64,000 nt of DNA from Candidatus Methylomirabilia bacterium (GCA_046758965.1 JBHIBG010000002.1:64001-128000), one strand, 5' to 3'. Numbered from the stretch's first letter, positions 1-10,129 are shown. Numbers and translations: made by a program. The notes: generated from the letters alone by a model not told the origin.

Positions 1-73
1 CAGCATCACCACCCGGGTGCCATCGGCACGTCGGGAGGGTGAGACGTCGACCTCGAGAGGCAAGGAGGCCACG

Positions 74-895
74 GTGACCGGCAAGAAATCTCGGCTGAGC
101 CGGTTGATCCATCCCACATCCCGCAAGACCGTGCTGGTCCCGCTCGACCACGGCATGAGCGAGGGTCCCATCCCCGGAGTCGAGACACCCTGCAAGGCTC
201 TCAGGGCCATCATCGAGGGAGGGGCCCAGGGAGTCGTGATCCATCGCGGCGTCGCGCTCTGCGGTGCCGAGCATCTCGAGGCTCCCCTGTCCTGGCTCCT
301 CCATCTCTCAGGCTCCACCACGCTGAGTTGGAACCCTGACCACAAGGTACTGGTCGCCTCCGTCGAGGAAGCTCTACGCCTCGGGGCCGATGGGGTGTCC
401 GTCCATGTGAATCTCGGAGTCTTCCGGGAGGCAAGGATGCTGCAAGATCTGGGGAAGGTCGCGGCACGCTGCCGCGAATGGGGCATGCCGCTTCTGGCGA
501 TGATGTACGTCCGGTGGGCGCGGCCCCAGCACGGCTCGGGGATCTCCCCCATCAAGCACGCCGCGCGCGTGGCCGCCGAGTTGGGGGCCGACCTCGTGAA
601 GGTGCCCTATCCCGGGAGTCCAGAAGGGCTGCGCGAAGTCATCCGAGGCTGCTTCATCCCCGTGCTCATCGCCGGGGGCGAACGGGCCCAGTCAGACCGG
701 CACGTCCTCGAGATGGTCGAAGCCGCGATGGCCTCCGGCGCGGCGGGGATCTGTATCGGCCGGAACATTTTCCAGCACCCGGTCCCGGCGCTCTTCCTGC
801 AGGCGCTCAGCAAGATCATTCATGACGGGGTGTCGGCCGACGTGGCGATCGAGCTGGCGAGCGAATCCCCGGCTCTCGCCCACGGCCGGACATGA
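74..895 (+). CDS. Class I aldolase, 2-amino-3,7-dideoxy-D-threo-hept-6-ulosonate synthase / GriI-like (AroA')
   Basis: PLDHG, ADGVSVHVNLG, GMPLLAMMY and ELGADLVK (Schiff-base Lys) motifs; AAGGAGG RBS before GTG at 74. Confidence 0.88.
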   Translation: MTGKKSRLSRLIHPTSRKTVLVPLDHGMSEGPIPGVETPCKALRAIIEGGAQGVVIHRGVALCGAEHLEAPLSWLLHLSGSTTLSWNPDHKVLVASVEEALRLGADGVSVHVNLGVFREARMLQDLGKVAARCREWGMPLLAMMYVRWARPQHGSGISPIKHAARVAAELGADLVKVPYPGSPEGLREVIRGCFIPVLIAGGERAQSDRHVLEMVEAAMASGAAGICIGRNIFQHPVPALFLQALSKIIHDGVSADVAIELASESPALAHGRT

Positions 896-904
896 GGGGG
901 ACCC

Positions 905-2245
905 ATGTCCTATTTGAGCCGGAAACTCGACGCGCCCCTGCCGGAGATTACCGGGAGATACTTCCGTGAAGGGGATAATCTGGTGGACCGGTGGCCGCCT
1001 CACCGGATGGCGGCCTACCAGCGGGAGGCCCTCTTCACGATACTGATCCACGCTTGGGAGCATAACCGGTTTTACCGGAGGAAGTTTCGCCAGGCGGGGA
1101 TCCATCCCGCGGCGCTAGCCGTGCCGGAAGAGCTCTCACGGCTGCCCCTGACTAGCAAAGAGGAAATCCGGGGGCAGCCGTGGATACTTCTCGCCGTTCC
1201 CCGCCACCAAGTATCGCAGATCCATGTGTCCACCGGGACCACTGGAGGAGAGGAAATCTACGTGCCTCACACCTGGGAGGATCTCTACGTCCGAAACCTG
1301 GGCCCAGCCATGCGGCGGCTCGTTCCGGTCGGCATCGATGACGTCGTCATCAATGCGCTCCCCTATGAGATGAGCTCGGCCGGTTTGGCATTCCACCGCA
1401 CCTTCCAGAAGGGCTGTGGCGCCCTGGTGGTGCCGGCCGGCAAGGGAGGCTACTACTCCACTCCCGAGCGGACCCTTCTAGCCGCGCGGGATCTGGGCGC
1501 TACGATCCTGATCACCACCCCTTCCTACGCGATCCTCCTCGCAGAGGTTGCGCAGGACGAGAAGATCGTCCTGGCGGAGATCCCTCTGAGATTTCTCTGG
1601 CTGACCGGCGAAGGATGCTCGCCCGCCTTTCGTCAACGGGTCGAGGCCCTCTGGGGGCACCCCGCCCACCTTTACTATGGCTCGCTGGAAGCGGGCCCCA
1701 TCGGCATCGAGTGCCCCGCAAGGAACGGCTACCACCTGGCCAGCGGACACGTGTACGTGGAAGTGATTGATCCTGAGACGCTGCGCGGGCTCCCCCCGGG
1801 GGAAACGGGAGAGCTCGTGGTCACGGAGCTCACACGCCTGGCCTCGCCGCTCATCCGCTACCGGACCGGCGACTTCGGCTTTCTGGACAGCGTGCCCTGT
1901 CCGTGTGGAATCTCCCTCTGGAAGCTCCACCTCCGCGGGAGAAGCGAGGATCAGATCCAAATTGCCGACGGCCAGTTCTCGCCCTACTATCTCGAGGAGT
2001 TCCTCATGCAAATCCCCGAGGTGGGTAACTGGTACCAGTTCGTTACGAAGCCCGACCGGCTCTGCGTCAGGACTGAGCTGGCCCCGGGCGTCGCCCCGAC
2101 GGAAACCGTCCGGCGAACGATCGAAAGTCGGCTTGAATACGCTATCGGCGTCTCCGTGGAGGCAGAGCTCGTGGCTCGACTCCCCCGGACCGGAGGCAAG
2201 ACAACCCGCGTGATCCGGCAGGAGCCGAGCTCGCTCCCGGCCTGA
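905..2245 (+). CDS. Phenylacetate-CoA ligase (PaaK)-like adenylating enzyme 1
   Basis: STGTTGG P-loop, YYGSLE, RYRTGD, C-terminal LPRTGGK. Confidence 0.88.
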   Translation: MSYLSRKLDAPLPEITGRYFREGDNLVDRWPPHRMAAYQREALFTILIHAWEHNRFYRRKFRQAGIHPAALAVPEELSRLPLTSKEEIRGQPWILLAVPRHQVSQIHVSTGTTGGEEIYVPHTWEDLYVRNLGPAMRRLVPVGIDDVVINALPYEMSSAGLAFHRTFQKGCGALVVPAGKGGYYSTPERTLLAARDLGATILITTPSYAILLAEVAQDEKIVLAEIPLRFLWLTGEGCSPAFRQRVEALWGHPAHLYYGSLEAGPIGIECPARNGYHLASGHVYVEVIDPETLRGLPPGETGELVVTELTRLASPLIRYRTGDFGFLDSVPCPCGISLWKLHLRGRSEDQIQIADGQFSPYYLEEFLMQIPEVGNWYQFVTKPDRLCVRTELAPGVAPTETVRRTIESRLEYAIGVSVEAELVARLPRTGGKTTRVIRQEPSSLPA

Positions 2246-2259
2246 GTAGGAGGGTCGCC

Positions 2260-3522
2260 GTGTCGTTCCTGCGAGACAAAGCGCTCACTACTACGTCACC
2301 ACTTCACCGGATCGTGTCTCACGTCTACTACCGGAACAGGTTCTACAGAGAAAAACTCTCCCGCGCCGGCATCGGCCCCGACCAGATCCATTGCGCCGAG
2401 GAGCTGCCGTTGCTGCCGGTGACGGAGCGGGAGGAGCTCATTGGAAATCCCGGGATCCTCCTCTCGGTCCCCAAGGAGGAGGTGGTTCAAGCTCACCTCT
2501 CTACCGGCACGACCCGCCGATCCCCACTTTACATTCTGTTCAGCTGGGATGACCTCTACGTCCGCGGGCTTCTGCCCTTGGTAGGAGCCCCCGGCGCCAG
2601 GCTCTTCGAGATCCAGGAAGGGGAAATCGTGTTCAACGCGCTCCCCTATGAGGTCAGCGTCACGGGCCTGGCCCTCCACCGGGCGCTCCAGGATGGGATC
2701 GGAGCCTGCGTGGTGCCGGTTGGGAAAGGCGGATTCTATGCCGATCCCGCTAAGACCTTGAAGCTCATGCGAGCGCTTCGAGGGGATCATCTCGTCACCA
2801 CGCCCTCCTACGCCCTGCAGCTTGCGGAGCTGGCGACCCGCTGCGGGATCACGGCCCCCGAGGAGCTTGGGCTCACCGCTCTCTGGCTCATCGGCGAGCC
2901 GTGCTCGGACGCCCTGCGCCGCCACATCGATCGCCTTTGGGGGTGCCCGGCGTTTCTCTACTACGGGTCCCTGGAGAGTGGGCCCATCGGCCTCGAGTGT
3001 CCCCTGCGAGACGGTTACCACGTGGCGTCTAACTTTGTCGATGTTGAGATCCTGCCCGTACCCGACCTCGGCCGGAGCGACACAGACGGCCTCTTGGGTG
3101 AGATCGTCGTCACAGTCCTCTGGCGCCAGGCTTCCCCTCTCCTGCGGTTTCGGACTGGGGATTTCGGTTTCTGGAAGCCATCCCCTTGCCGCTGCGGGAT
3201 CCCGGGAGCGAAGCTGCGGGTTCTCGGGCGGAGGCACGATCTGATCTCCACCGCAGACTTCCCGCGCTTCGCCCTGGAACTAGAAGAGGCGCTCCTGAAC
3301 CTGCCGGGCGTTAGCCCCTGGTATCGATTGAAACCCGAAGTGGACTCGCTTCGGGTCATTCTCCCCGAGCCGTGTGAGGGTGATCAGGCTTCCCTCGCGC
3401 GGTCAGTCCGAGGCGAGATCGAGCGCCGCTTCCGGGTGGCCTGTCGAGTCGAGTTCATAAAGGAGCACGGCTACACAGGGGGGAAGCTCATCAGGGTAGT
3501 CCGCGACGGAGAGAAGCCGTGA
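2260..3522 (+). CDS. Phenylacetate-CoA ligase (PaaK)-like adenylating enzyme 2
   Basis: STGTT, NALPYE, YYGSLE and RFRTGD motifs; paralog of the upstream ligase. Confidence 0.88.
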   Translation: MSFLRDKALTTTSPLHRIVSHVYYRNRFYREKLSRAGIGPDQIHCAEELPLLPVTEREELIGNPGILLSVPKEEVVQAHLSTGTTRRSPLYILFSWDDLYVRGLLPLVGAPGARLFEIQEGEIVFNALPYEVSVTGLALHRALQDGIGACVVPVGKGGFYADPAKTLKLMRALRGDHLVTTPSYALQLAELATRCGITAPEELGLTALWLIGEPCSDALRRHIDRLWGCPAFLYYGSLESGPIGLECPLRDGYHVASNFVDVEILPVPDLGRSDTDGLLGEIVVTVLWRQASPLLRFRTGDFGFWKPSPCRCGIPGAKLRVLGRRHDLISTADFPRFALELEEALLNLPGVSPWYRLKPEVDSLRVILPEPCEGDQASLARSVRGEIERRFRVACRVEFIKEHGYTGGKLIRVVRDGEKP

Positions 3523-4292
3523 TCATTGACGGCCACGCGCACGTGACCGAAGCCGATTACGGCTCTCCGGATCGGCTCTCAGCTCAGATGGCCGAAGCCG
3601 GCATCACCCAAGCTGTCCTCGTCCCCGGTGGGATGATCGATGTCAGGAGGATGACCCGCTACCTCACCGGGCAAGAGCCCGTTCCCGAGGGCGCCATCCC
3701 GAATGGCGTGGTCGAACGTCTCGTTGCCCAGAACCCGGGCCGCTTCTTCGGGTTCTATTGCGTGAACCCTCACGACGGTGATCGGGCGGTAGAAGCGTTC
3801 CGGGACGCGATCGGGAGGGGATTCCGCGGCCTGAAGCTCGCGCCCCTCGTGCACCGCTTTGCCCTCACCTCCGAGACCGTTCGTGACCTGGCTGAGGCCT
3901 GCGGTGCGCTCGGCGTCCCGTTCTATACCCACGTGACTTACAGCCCAGGGGCAGCTACCGATAAGATTGGGTTTCTCGCAAGAGAGTTTCCGGCGACGAC
4001 GTTCATCCTCGGCCACATGGGGTTCGGCCCCGCGGACATCGACGCCGTGGAGCTAGCGCTTCGCTACGACAACCTGTATCTGGAGACCTCGGGGGGGTCC
4101 TTTCTCGTCCTCAAGCTGGCCTTCGAGCGATTGGGTGCAGGAAAGCTGGTTTTCGGGTCAGAGTTTCCTCTTTACCACCCGCGCGCGGAGCTCGAGAAGA
4201 TACGCCTTCTGGCCGACGGTGAAGCGTTCGAGCGCATCATCGGAACAAATCTGCTGACCCTCCTCGGAGAGAGTGTCCGATGGACACGTTGA
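3519..4292 (+). CDS. Amidohydrolase-family metalloenzyme (candidate benzoxazole-forming condensase)
   Basis: N-terminal IIDGHAH, ILGHMG, NLYLETSG, FGSEFP; overlaps the upstream stop. Confidence 0.85.
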   Translation: MIIDGHAHVTEADYGSPDRLSAQMAEAGITQAVLVPGGMIDVRRMTRYLTGQEPVPEGAIPNGVVERLVAQNPGRFFGFYCVNPHDGDRAVEAFRDAIGRGFRGLKLAPLVHRFALTSETVRDLAEACGALGVPFYTHVTYSPGAATDKIGFLAREFPATTFILGHMGFGPADIDAVELALRYDNLYLETSGGSFLVLKLAFERLGAGKLVFGSEFPLYHPRAELEKIRLLADGEAFERIIGTNLLTLLGESVRWTR

Positions 4293-5392
4293 AGCGGCCC
4301 GAACTCTGGATCGATCTGAGCTCACGCGCGTCCGGGGAGCCAGAGATCCTGAGCGCGATCTTGCACTTCCCTCTGAGCGGTCTCCTCGTGAGCCCCCTAG
4401 AAGATTTGCCGGTGGAGATTCCCAGCCACATCCGGCGAGGTTGGATGATCCGGGAGGGGCGAGAGTTCGCAGCGCTCCCGGGCCAAGGCGAGATGGTGGT
4501 GACCCTGTCGCGGGAGATCGCGGGACAAGCCAGGACCCGAGGACACCCGGTGGGTGTTTCCTGCCGGGTAACCGATCCCCAAACCCTGGAGGAAGCCTTA
4601 GCACTCCTCGATCAGGTGGACTACCTGTTCATCAGGCTCGCCGACGAGACGAACATCCCTCTTGAGCTGATCCTCACGCGGGCACAGGGCCGTCGCGTGC
4701 GGGTGATCAAGACGGTGGGGGGATTGGAAGAGGCGGCGGTCGCGCTCGGGGTGCTCGAACACGGCTGCCACGGCATCCTCGTGGCTCCCCAGGATCTCGG
4801 GACGCTCGCGCGCATCGCCCACGAGCTGAGCCGACGGCCCTCTCATCAACTCTCCCTGGTTGAGGTGGAAGTGGTCGGGATCGAGCATGCCGGCATGGGA
4901 CATCGTGCCTGCGTCGACACCCTGACGATGATGGCCGACGACGAGGGGATGGTTGTGGGATCCACCTCCAACGGGGGGATCCTCGTCTGCTCGGAAGTCC
5001 ACCCGCTGCCTTACATGAACACCCGGCCGTTCCGGGTCAATGCCGGGGCGATCCATTCGTACCTCTGGGGACCCGAAGACTCCGCTTCATACTTGAGCGA
5101 CCTCAGAGCTGGGTCCGGAGTGTTGGTGGTCCGCACGTCGGGGGAGGCGAAAGCGGTGAGGGTGGGACGGGTGAAGATCGAGGTACGCCCTCTCGTGAAG
5201 ATCCACGGGATCGCCAACGGCACCCCCCTGAGCCTCTTCGTTCAGCATGACTGGCACGTACGGATATTCGGAGCAGATGGAAAGCCTCGCAGCGTGACGA
5301 GCCTCAAGCCGGGCGAGAAGGTGCTGGGGCATCTGTGCGAGCCCGGGCGGCATGTGGGCATCAAGATCTCGGAGACGATCCTGGAACGGTGA
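4280..5392 (+). CDS. 3-dehydroquinate synthase II / GriH-like 3,4-AHBA synthase (AroB')
   Basis: NIPLEL, RACVDT, RPFRVNAGAIHSY, GRVKIEVRPL, GRHVG...ETILER motifs. Confidence 0.9.
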   Translation: MDTLKRPELWIDLSSRASGEPEILSAILHFPLSGLLVSPLEDLPVEIPSHIRRGWMIREGREFAALPGQGEMVVTLSREIAGQARTRGHPVGVSCRVTDPQTLEEALALLDQVDYLFIRLADETNIPLELILTRAQGRRVRVIKTVGGLEEAAVALGVLEHGCHGILVAPQDLGTLARIAHELSRRPSHQLSLVEVEVVGIEHAGMGHRACVDTLTMMADDEGMVVGSTSNGGILVCSEVHPLPYMNTRPFRVNAGAIHSYLWGPEDSASYLSDLRAGSGVLVVRTSGEAKAVRVGRVKIEVRPLVKIHGIANGTPLSLFVQHDWHVRIFGADGKPRSVTSLKPGEKVLGHLCEPGRHVGIKISETILER

Positions 5393-5404
5393 GGCGCGTA
5401 CGGC

Positions 5405-6148
5405 ATGCGGACATTCCTGACGTTCCTCCTCGTCTGCTTCTCGGCGGTAGGAGCTGACAGGGTAGCCGTGGCATCCGATGAACCCCTGGCCGCCGCCGAA
5501 CGGGTTCTCGAGCGCGGCGAATCAGGCTTCGATGCCGAATCGCTTGAGAGAGCCCAGGCCATCTTCAATCGGCTCGCCCGCGCCGAAGACCTCTCCCAAT
5601 CGGTCCCGTACTATCAGGCACGAGTCTCTCTTGCGCTAGCGAACATCCATGCGTGGGGCGGCAAGACCGACCGAGCCCTCCACTCCCTTGACCAAGCCAT
5701 CGCGTCCGCAAAACAGGCCGTTCGCCAGGATCCGCGGCACTCGGATTCCCATCGTCTCCTCGGCGAGGCGTATGGTCGGCTCATCAGCCTCAAGGGCGGG
5801 CTGACCGGACTGCTCTACGGCCGGCGCTCCTATAACGAACTGGCCCTGGCATTGAAGCTCGGCCCTGAAAACCCCCGTGCTGCCCTGGCCATGGGGATCT
5901 GGAAACTCCGCACCCCGAAGCTCTTCGGGGGTGACTGGGACGAGGCCGTCCGCTATTTCCAGAAGGCGATTCAGTTGTGGCCAGCGAATGTCCGCAGCCA
6001 TGTGTGGCTTGGGATTGCACTCATGGAACGAGCATATTGGGAGCGAGCGCGAGAGGCGCTGGAGCGGGCCCTTGTCCTTCAGCCCGAGAACGCATGGGCC
6101 GAGCGGCAGCTGGCGAAGGTGAGGGCCCGGGCGCAGGGGGAGGAATGA
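5405..6148 (+). CDS. Secreted tetratricopeptide-repeat protein
   Basis: N-terminal signal peptide followed by TPR-like helical repeats. Confidence 0.75.
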   Translation: MRTFLTFLLVCFSAVGADRVAVASDEPLAAAERVLERGESGFDAESLERAQAIFNRLARAEDLSQSVPYYQARVSLALANIHAWGGKTDRALHSLDQAIASAKQAVRQDPRHSDSHRLLGEAYGRLISLKGGLTGLLYGRRSYNELALALKLGPENPRAALAMGIWKLRTPKLFGGDWDEAVRYFQKAIQLWPANVRSHVWLGIALMERAYWERAREALERALVLQPENAWAERQLAKVRARAQGEE

Positions 6149-7398
6149 GACGGTGGCTTCGGTCTGTGGGGCAGCACGCCAGGTTGGCCTGGCGAAATGT
6201 CCTCCGAAACAAGCGGCGAACCGCCATCACGGTTTCCGCCATCACGTCAGGCTCCGTTGCCCTGATTACATTCGGAGGCTACATGGACTACGCGTTCTGG
6301 GGGCTCCGGGAAACCACGATCCGGAATCACTTGGGTCACCTGCAGGTTGCACGGGCGGAATACTTTGACAACCGCCTCGCCCATCCCGAAGCCGCTCGCC
6401 TGGATCGATCGCAGCTCGTCGCCGTTGAGCGCATCCTGACCAGGTGGTCGGAGATCGAGATGGTCTCCCGCCGCCTCGAGATCAGCGGCCTCATCGGAAA
6501 CGGCGAGAGTACCCTCCCCTTCATAGGACGAGGGATCGAGCCCGAGAAGGAGAGCGCGGCGCTGGCCTTCCTGACGATCCTGACCGGAGCTCCCCTGGCA
6601 ACCTCCGAGGCGCCTGAGATCCTCGTGGCCAAGGGGCTGGCCGCCGGGCTCACCGTGAAGGCCGACGATCAGGTGATTCTGCTCACCACCACGCTCAGCG
6701 GGAGCATCAACGGGCAGAATGTGACCGTGGCCGGGATCTTCGAAACGGGTACGGAGGAGTTTGACAACCGAGCCGTGCTCCTCCCGCTCCGCATGGCCCA
6801 GCAGCTCATCCAGAGCGATCGGGTAGACAAGATCGTCGTGCTCCTGGAAGACACTGAGCTCACGAGTCCGGTGGCGCGGCGCCTGACTGCCGCCATCGGA
6901 GGAGCCGACCTGTCGCTGGAAGTTCGTCGCTGGATGGATCTCGCCACCTTCTACCACCGAGTCGTCCGGGTGTACGAGGGGATGTATCGGTTCGTGAGCG
7001 TCGTCATCGCGCTGGTAGTGATCCTGAGCATCATGAACACCATGATGATGACGGTCTTCGAGCGTACGAGGGAGATCGGAACGATGATGGCGCTGGGGGT
7101 CAGCCGGGGGCGGATTGTCGAGCTGTTCCTGCTCGAGGGCTTGGTGATCGGCGCCATCGGCGGCGTTCTCGGCGTCGGGGCCGGCGTCGGGGCCTGCCAT
7201 CTCGTCAACGCGTCGGGGGGGATCGCCGTCGCCCCTCCGCCGGGCGCCTCTCGCGGTTACATCGTCTTTCTCAATGTAGTGCCCCGGGTGCTCCTCTTTG
7301 CCTTCGCCTCTTCCGTGCTCGCCGCGCTCCTCTCAAGCCTCTACCCAGCCTACCGGGCAGCTCGGCTTCCGGTGGTCGAGGCGCTCCGATACGCCTGA
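6145..7398 (+). CDS. ABC transporter permease, LolC/E-FtsX/MacB family
   Basis: LAWRNVLRNKRRT, ERTREIGTMMALG, YPAYRAARL...EALR; ATGA overlap with the TPR gene. Confidence 0.9.
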   Translation: MRRWLRSVGQHARLAWRNVLRNKRRTAITVSAITSGSVALITFGGYMDYAFWGLRETTIRNHLGHLQVARAEYFDNRLAHPEAARLDRSQLVAVERILTRWSEIEMVSRRLEISGLIGNGESTLPFIGRGIEPEKESAALAFLTILTGAPLATSEAPEILVAKGLAAGLTVKADDQVILLTTTLSGSINGQNVTVAGIFETGTEEFDNRAVLLPLRMAQQLIQSDRVDKIVVLLEDTELTSPVARRLTAAIGGADLSLEVRRWMDLATFYHRVVRVYEGMYRFVSVVIALVVILSIMNTMMMTVFERTREIGTMMALGVSRGRIVELFLLEGLVIGAIGGVLGVGAGVGACHLVNASGGIAVAPPPGASRGYIVFLNVVPRVLLFAFASSVLAALLSSLYPAYRAARLPVVEALRYA

Positions 7399-7404
7399 AG
7401 TTCG

Positions 7405-8079
7405 ATGGCGCACATCCGACTCTCGGATGTCGTCAAGACGTATCGGCTCGGGCGCACCGTCGTCTCGGCCCTCCGGGCGATTTCGCTCGAGGTGGGGCAG
7501 GGAGCGTTCGTGGCGGTGACCGGCCCCTCCGGGAGCGGAAAATCCACCCTTCTTCACCTGATCGGCGGGCTTGATCACCCTGACCGAGGGGAGATCGTCA
7601 TTGAGGGCCAGCGCCTCAGTGATCTGACTCCGGATGCCCTGGCGAAGTTTCGGGCGCGGAGGCTCGGATTTGTCTTCCAGTTCTTCAGCCTCCTCCCGGT
7701 GCTGACGGCTTTCGAGAACGTGGAGTACCCGTTGCTCTTCCAGAATCTCCTACCGGCCCTCCGCCAATCCCGGGTTCGCGAGGCCCTCGATCGCGTGGGG
7801 GTAGCCGCCTACGCTCACCACCGCCCTGACCAGCTCTCGGGGGGCCAGCAGCAGCGAGTTGCCATTGCCCGGGCCATGGTGGTGAAGCCCGCGCTGATCC
7901 TGGCTGACGAACCCACGGCAAATCTCGACTCCCGTACCGGGCAGGCCATTATCGATCTTCTGGAAGAGACGCGACAGCAGCAGGGCACCACGTTCCTCCT
8001 GGCTACCCACGATCCGGGCCTCGTCAGCCGTGCAGATCGGGTTGTGGCGCTCTACGACGGACAAATCTTCGAACCGTGA
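7405..8079 (+). CDS. ABC transporter ATP-binding protein, LolD-like
   Basis: GPSGSGKST Walker A, LSGGQQQR signature, LADEPTANLD. Confidence 0.93.
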   Translation: MAHIRLSDVVKTYRLGRTVVSALRAISLEVGQGAFVAVTGPSGSGKSTLLHLIGGLDHPDRGEIVIEGQRLSDLTPDALAKFRARRLGFVFQFFSLLPVLTAFENVEYPLLFQNLLPALRQSRVREALDRVGVAAYAHHRPDQLSGGQQQRVAIARAMVVKPALILADEPTANLDSRTGQAIIDLLEETRQQQGTTFLLATHDPGLVSRADRVVALYDGQIFEP

Positions 8080-8837
8080 GGCCTGCTACGCCACCGGCTC
8101 TGCTGGGTCTTTCAGGCCTCATCCTGATTCTGGCTCGCCTCGCCCTGCCACTGGAAGTCCCCGCCCTCACCGCCCGGGAGATCGTCCGCCGGGCAGACCG
8201 AATCCGCGCTCCCGGCGGTTCCTTCTCCTTTGAGCTGAGCATCATCACCCCTCAGGGGAGCGAGGAAAGGCCCGACGCCCGGCTTGCCGTGTCGGTCAAG
8301 CTCCCGGACAGGAGCCTGGCGAAGTTTCTCACGCCCTCCCGCGACCGAGGGAAAGTTCTCCTGATGGTCGGCCCCCACTTGTGGGTGTATCTCCCCGCCA
8401 CAGGGCGGCCACTCCGGATCTCCCCCCAGCAGCGGCTCGTCGGAGGCGTCTCCCATGCCGACGTGATGCGCGTGAACTTTGAGGGTGACTACCTCCCTAC
8501 CCTCCGGGGTGTGGACCGTGAGACGGGGGGAGGCTCCTACGTGCTGAATCTCCGGGGGGCCATGAAAGGCGCAACATACCATCGAATTCGTTACTGGGTT
8601 GAGCGCGAGACGTTTCGCCCGGTCAAGGCCGAGTTTCTTACGGTATCCGGGCTCCTGATCAAAACGGCCCGATACACCCGCTACCGGCAGATCCTCGGCG
8701 CGGCCCGCCCCACGGAGATCGAGATCGCCGACGCGGTGCGCGGGGGCGCAGTGACCCGGCTGCTCTACTCCAAGCTTCGGCACGAGACCCTCAGCGACGA
8801 GATGTTTCATCCGGCATCTCTCCGATTGCTACGCTGA
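8076..8837 (+). CDS. Outer-membrane lipoprotein-sorting (LolA-like) protein
   Basis: Signal peptide; LWVYLP..RPLRISPQQRL, YHRIRYWV; typical position after LolCDE-like genes. Confidence 0.8.
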   Translation: MRPATPPALLGLSGLILILARLALPLEVPALTAREIVRRADRIRAPGGSFSFELSIITPQGSEERPDARLAVSVKLPDRSLAKFLTPSRDRGKVLLMVGPHLWVYLPATGRPLRISPQQRLVGGVSHADVMRVNFEGDYLPTLRGVDRETGGGSYVLNLRGAMKGATYHRIRYWVERETFRPVKAEFLTVSGLLIKTARYTRYRQILGAARPTEIEIADAVRGGAVTRLLYSKLRHETLSDEMFHPASLRLLR

Positions 8838-8839
8838 AT

Positions 8840-10129
8840 GTGCGAGTCGCCACCTCCCTGCTTCTCCTTCTCCTGGCTTCTCCCTCCCCGGCCATCGAGT
8901 GGTCGGGGGGAGGAACCCTCCGGCTTGACGGGGCGTATCGGAGAGAAAATGTGGCGAGCCTCCGAAATCCTCATGGCCAACTCTTCGACGTCGGCACACG
9001 GGTGGGGCAAGGCATCGTGGATTTTCACCTCGCCGTTTCTCCCCACCCCGCCGTGGATCTTGCCCTGAGGAACCGGGCGATCGGAACTGTCACGGAGGAT
9101 GAAGAGGAGGCGGAGAATATCCTCGAGGATGCCTATCTGATCTACTGGTTCTCGCCTCAGTTCCTCCTCGAGGGGGGGAAAGACCGGGTCCGGGAGGGGG
9201 TCGGCTACGCCTGGAACCCGGTCGACCTTCTCCGGACCCGCTCCTCGGCCGGGCTAAGCCAGGACCCCAAGGAGCAGCGAGACCACCGGCGGGGCCACTA
9301 TCTGATCAAAGGAGAGCTGAGGTGGGGTCAGGGCTCCGTGGCAGTGGCCTACGTCCCGAAATTTGCCGGACTCGATACCGATGACGTCTCCAATCTGGCG
9401 GAGCAGTTCTGGGGTCGGGGGACAGCTCTGATCGCCGGCACCGACGTAGCCGTGTATCTCCACCACGGGCCGGAGTGGAATGCCGGCACCTCCCTCGCGC
9501 GGGTATTCGGAGACGCCCTCGAGCTCCATCTCGAGGCCGTCGCCCGATGGAACTCATCGAGGGAGCGGCCAGTCATCGCTCGCGTGAGAGGCCGGTCGGG
9601 GAACACCCGTGTGCCACTTTGGAGACGCCAGCGAACGAAGAACCTGCTCGGCGAAGCCCTCCTCGGAGCCCAGTACACCTTCTCCAACGGGATCAACCTG
9701 ATCGCTGAATATTTCTACAACGGCGACGGGTTGAGCGCGCGGGAATGGAACATCCTTTGGGACGGGCTGGAGCTCGCGCGACAGCGCCTTCAGGGAGGGG
9801 AAAACTCCTTACCGGGGAAGCCGAATCTCTTCCGGATATTCGGGTTGCGCGCGAACGAGCTCCTCTCACCGGCGGAGAGCGCCCGGCACTATCTCTTCGT
9901 GCGAGCCGCCGGCGCCACCGAAATGCGGCGACGTCTCGAGCTGACTGGGTTCCTCCTGCTGAACCTCCAGGACAGGAGTGGCGCGCTGAACGGCGAGGCC
10001 CGCTACCAGATCGGCCGAGATCTGGAGAGTGTGCTGAGCCTGGATCTCTTCTTCGGGCCGGAACGAACTGAGTTTGGCGCCCTTCCGATCGGGAGCGCCG
10101 TCCGCGCCTCTCTCCGCTACGCGTTCTAG
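8840..10129 (+). CDS. Putative outer-membrane beta-barrel protein
   Basis: Signal peptide, GVGYAWNPVD motif, amphipathic strands, C-terminal LRYAF. Confidence 0.7.
   Translation: MRVATSLLLLLLASPSPAIEWSGGGTLRLDGAYRRENVASLRNPHGQLFDVGTRVGQGIVDFHLAVSPHPAVDLALRNRAIGTVTEDEEEAENILEDAYLIYWFSPQFLLEGGKDRVREGVGYAWNPVDLLRTRSSAGLSQDPKEQRDHRRGHYLIKGELRWGQGSVAVAYVPKFAGLDTDDVSNLAEQFWGRGTALIAGTDVAVYLHHGPEWNAGTSLARVFGDALELHLEAVARWNSSRERPVIARVRGRSGNTRVPLWRRQRTKNLLGEALLGAQYTFSNGINLIAEYFYNGDGLSAREWNILWDGLELARQRLQGGENSLPGKPNLFRIFGLRANELLSPAESARHYLFVRAAGATEMRRRLELTGFLLLNLQDRSGALNGEARYQIGRDLESVLSLDLFFGPERTEFGALPIGSAVRASLRYAF

Noticed and set aside
74..5392. Plain phenylacetate catabolism or archaeal-type shikimate entry operon
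   Set aside because: No paaABCDE or other aro genes nearby; ligases and amidohydrolase sandwiched between the two synthases fit secondary metabolism better, though this is not excluded.
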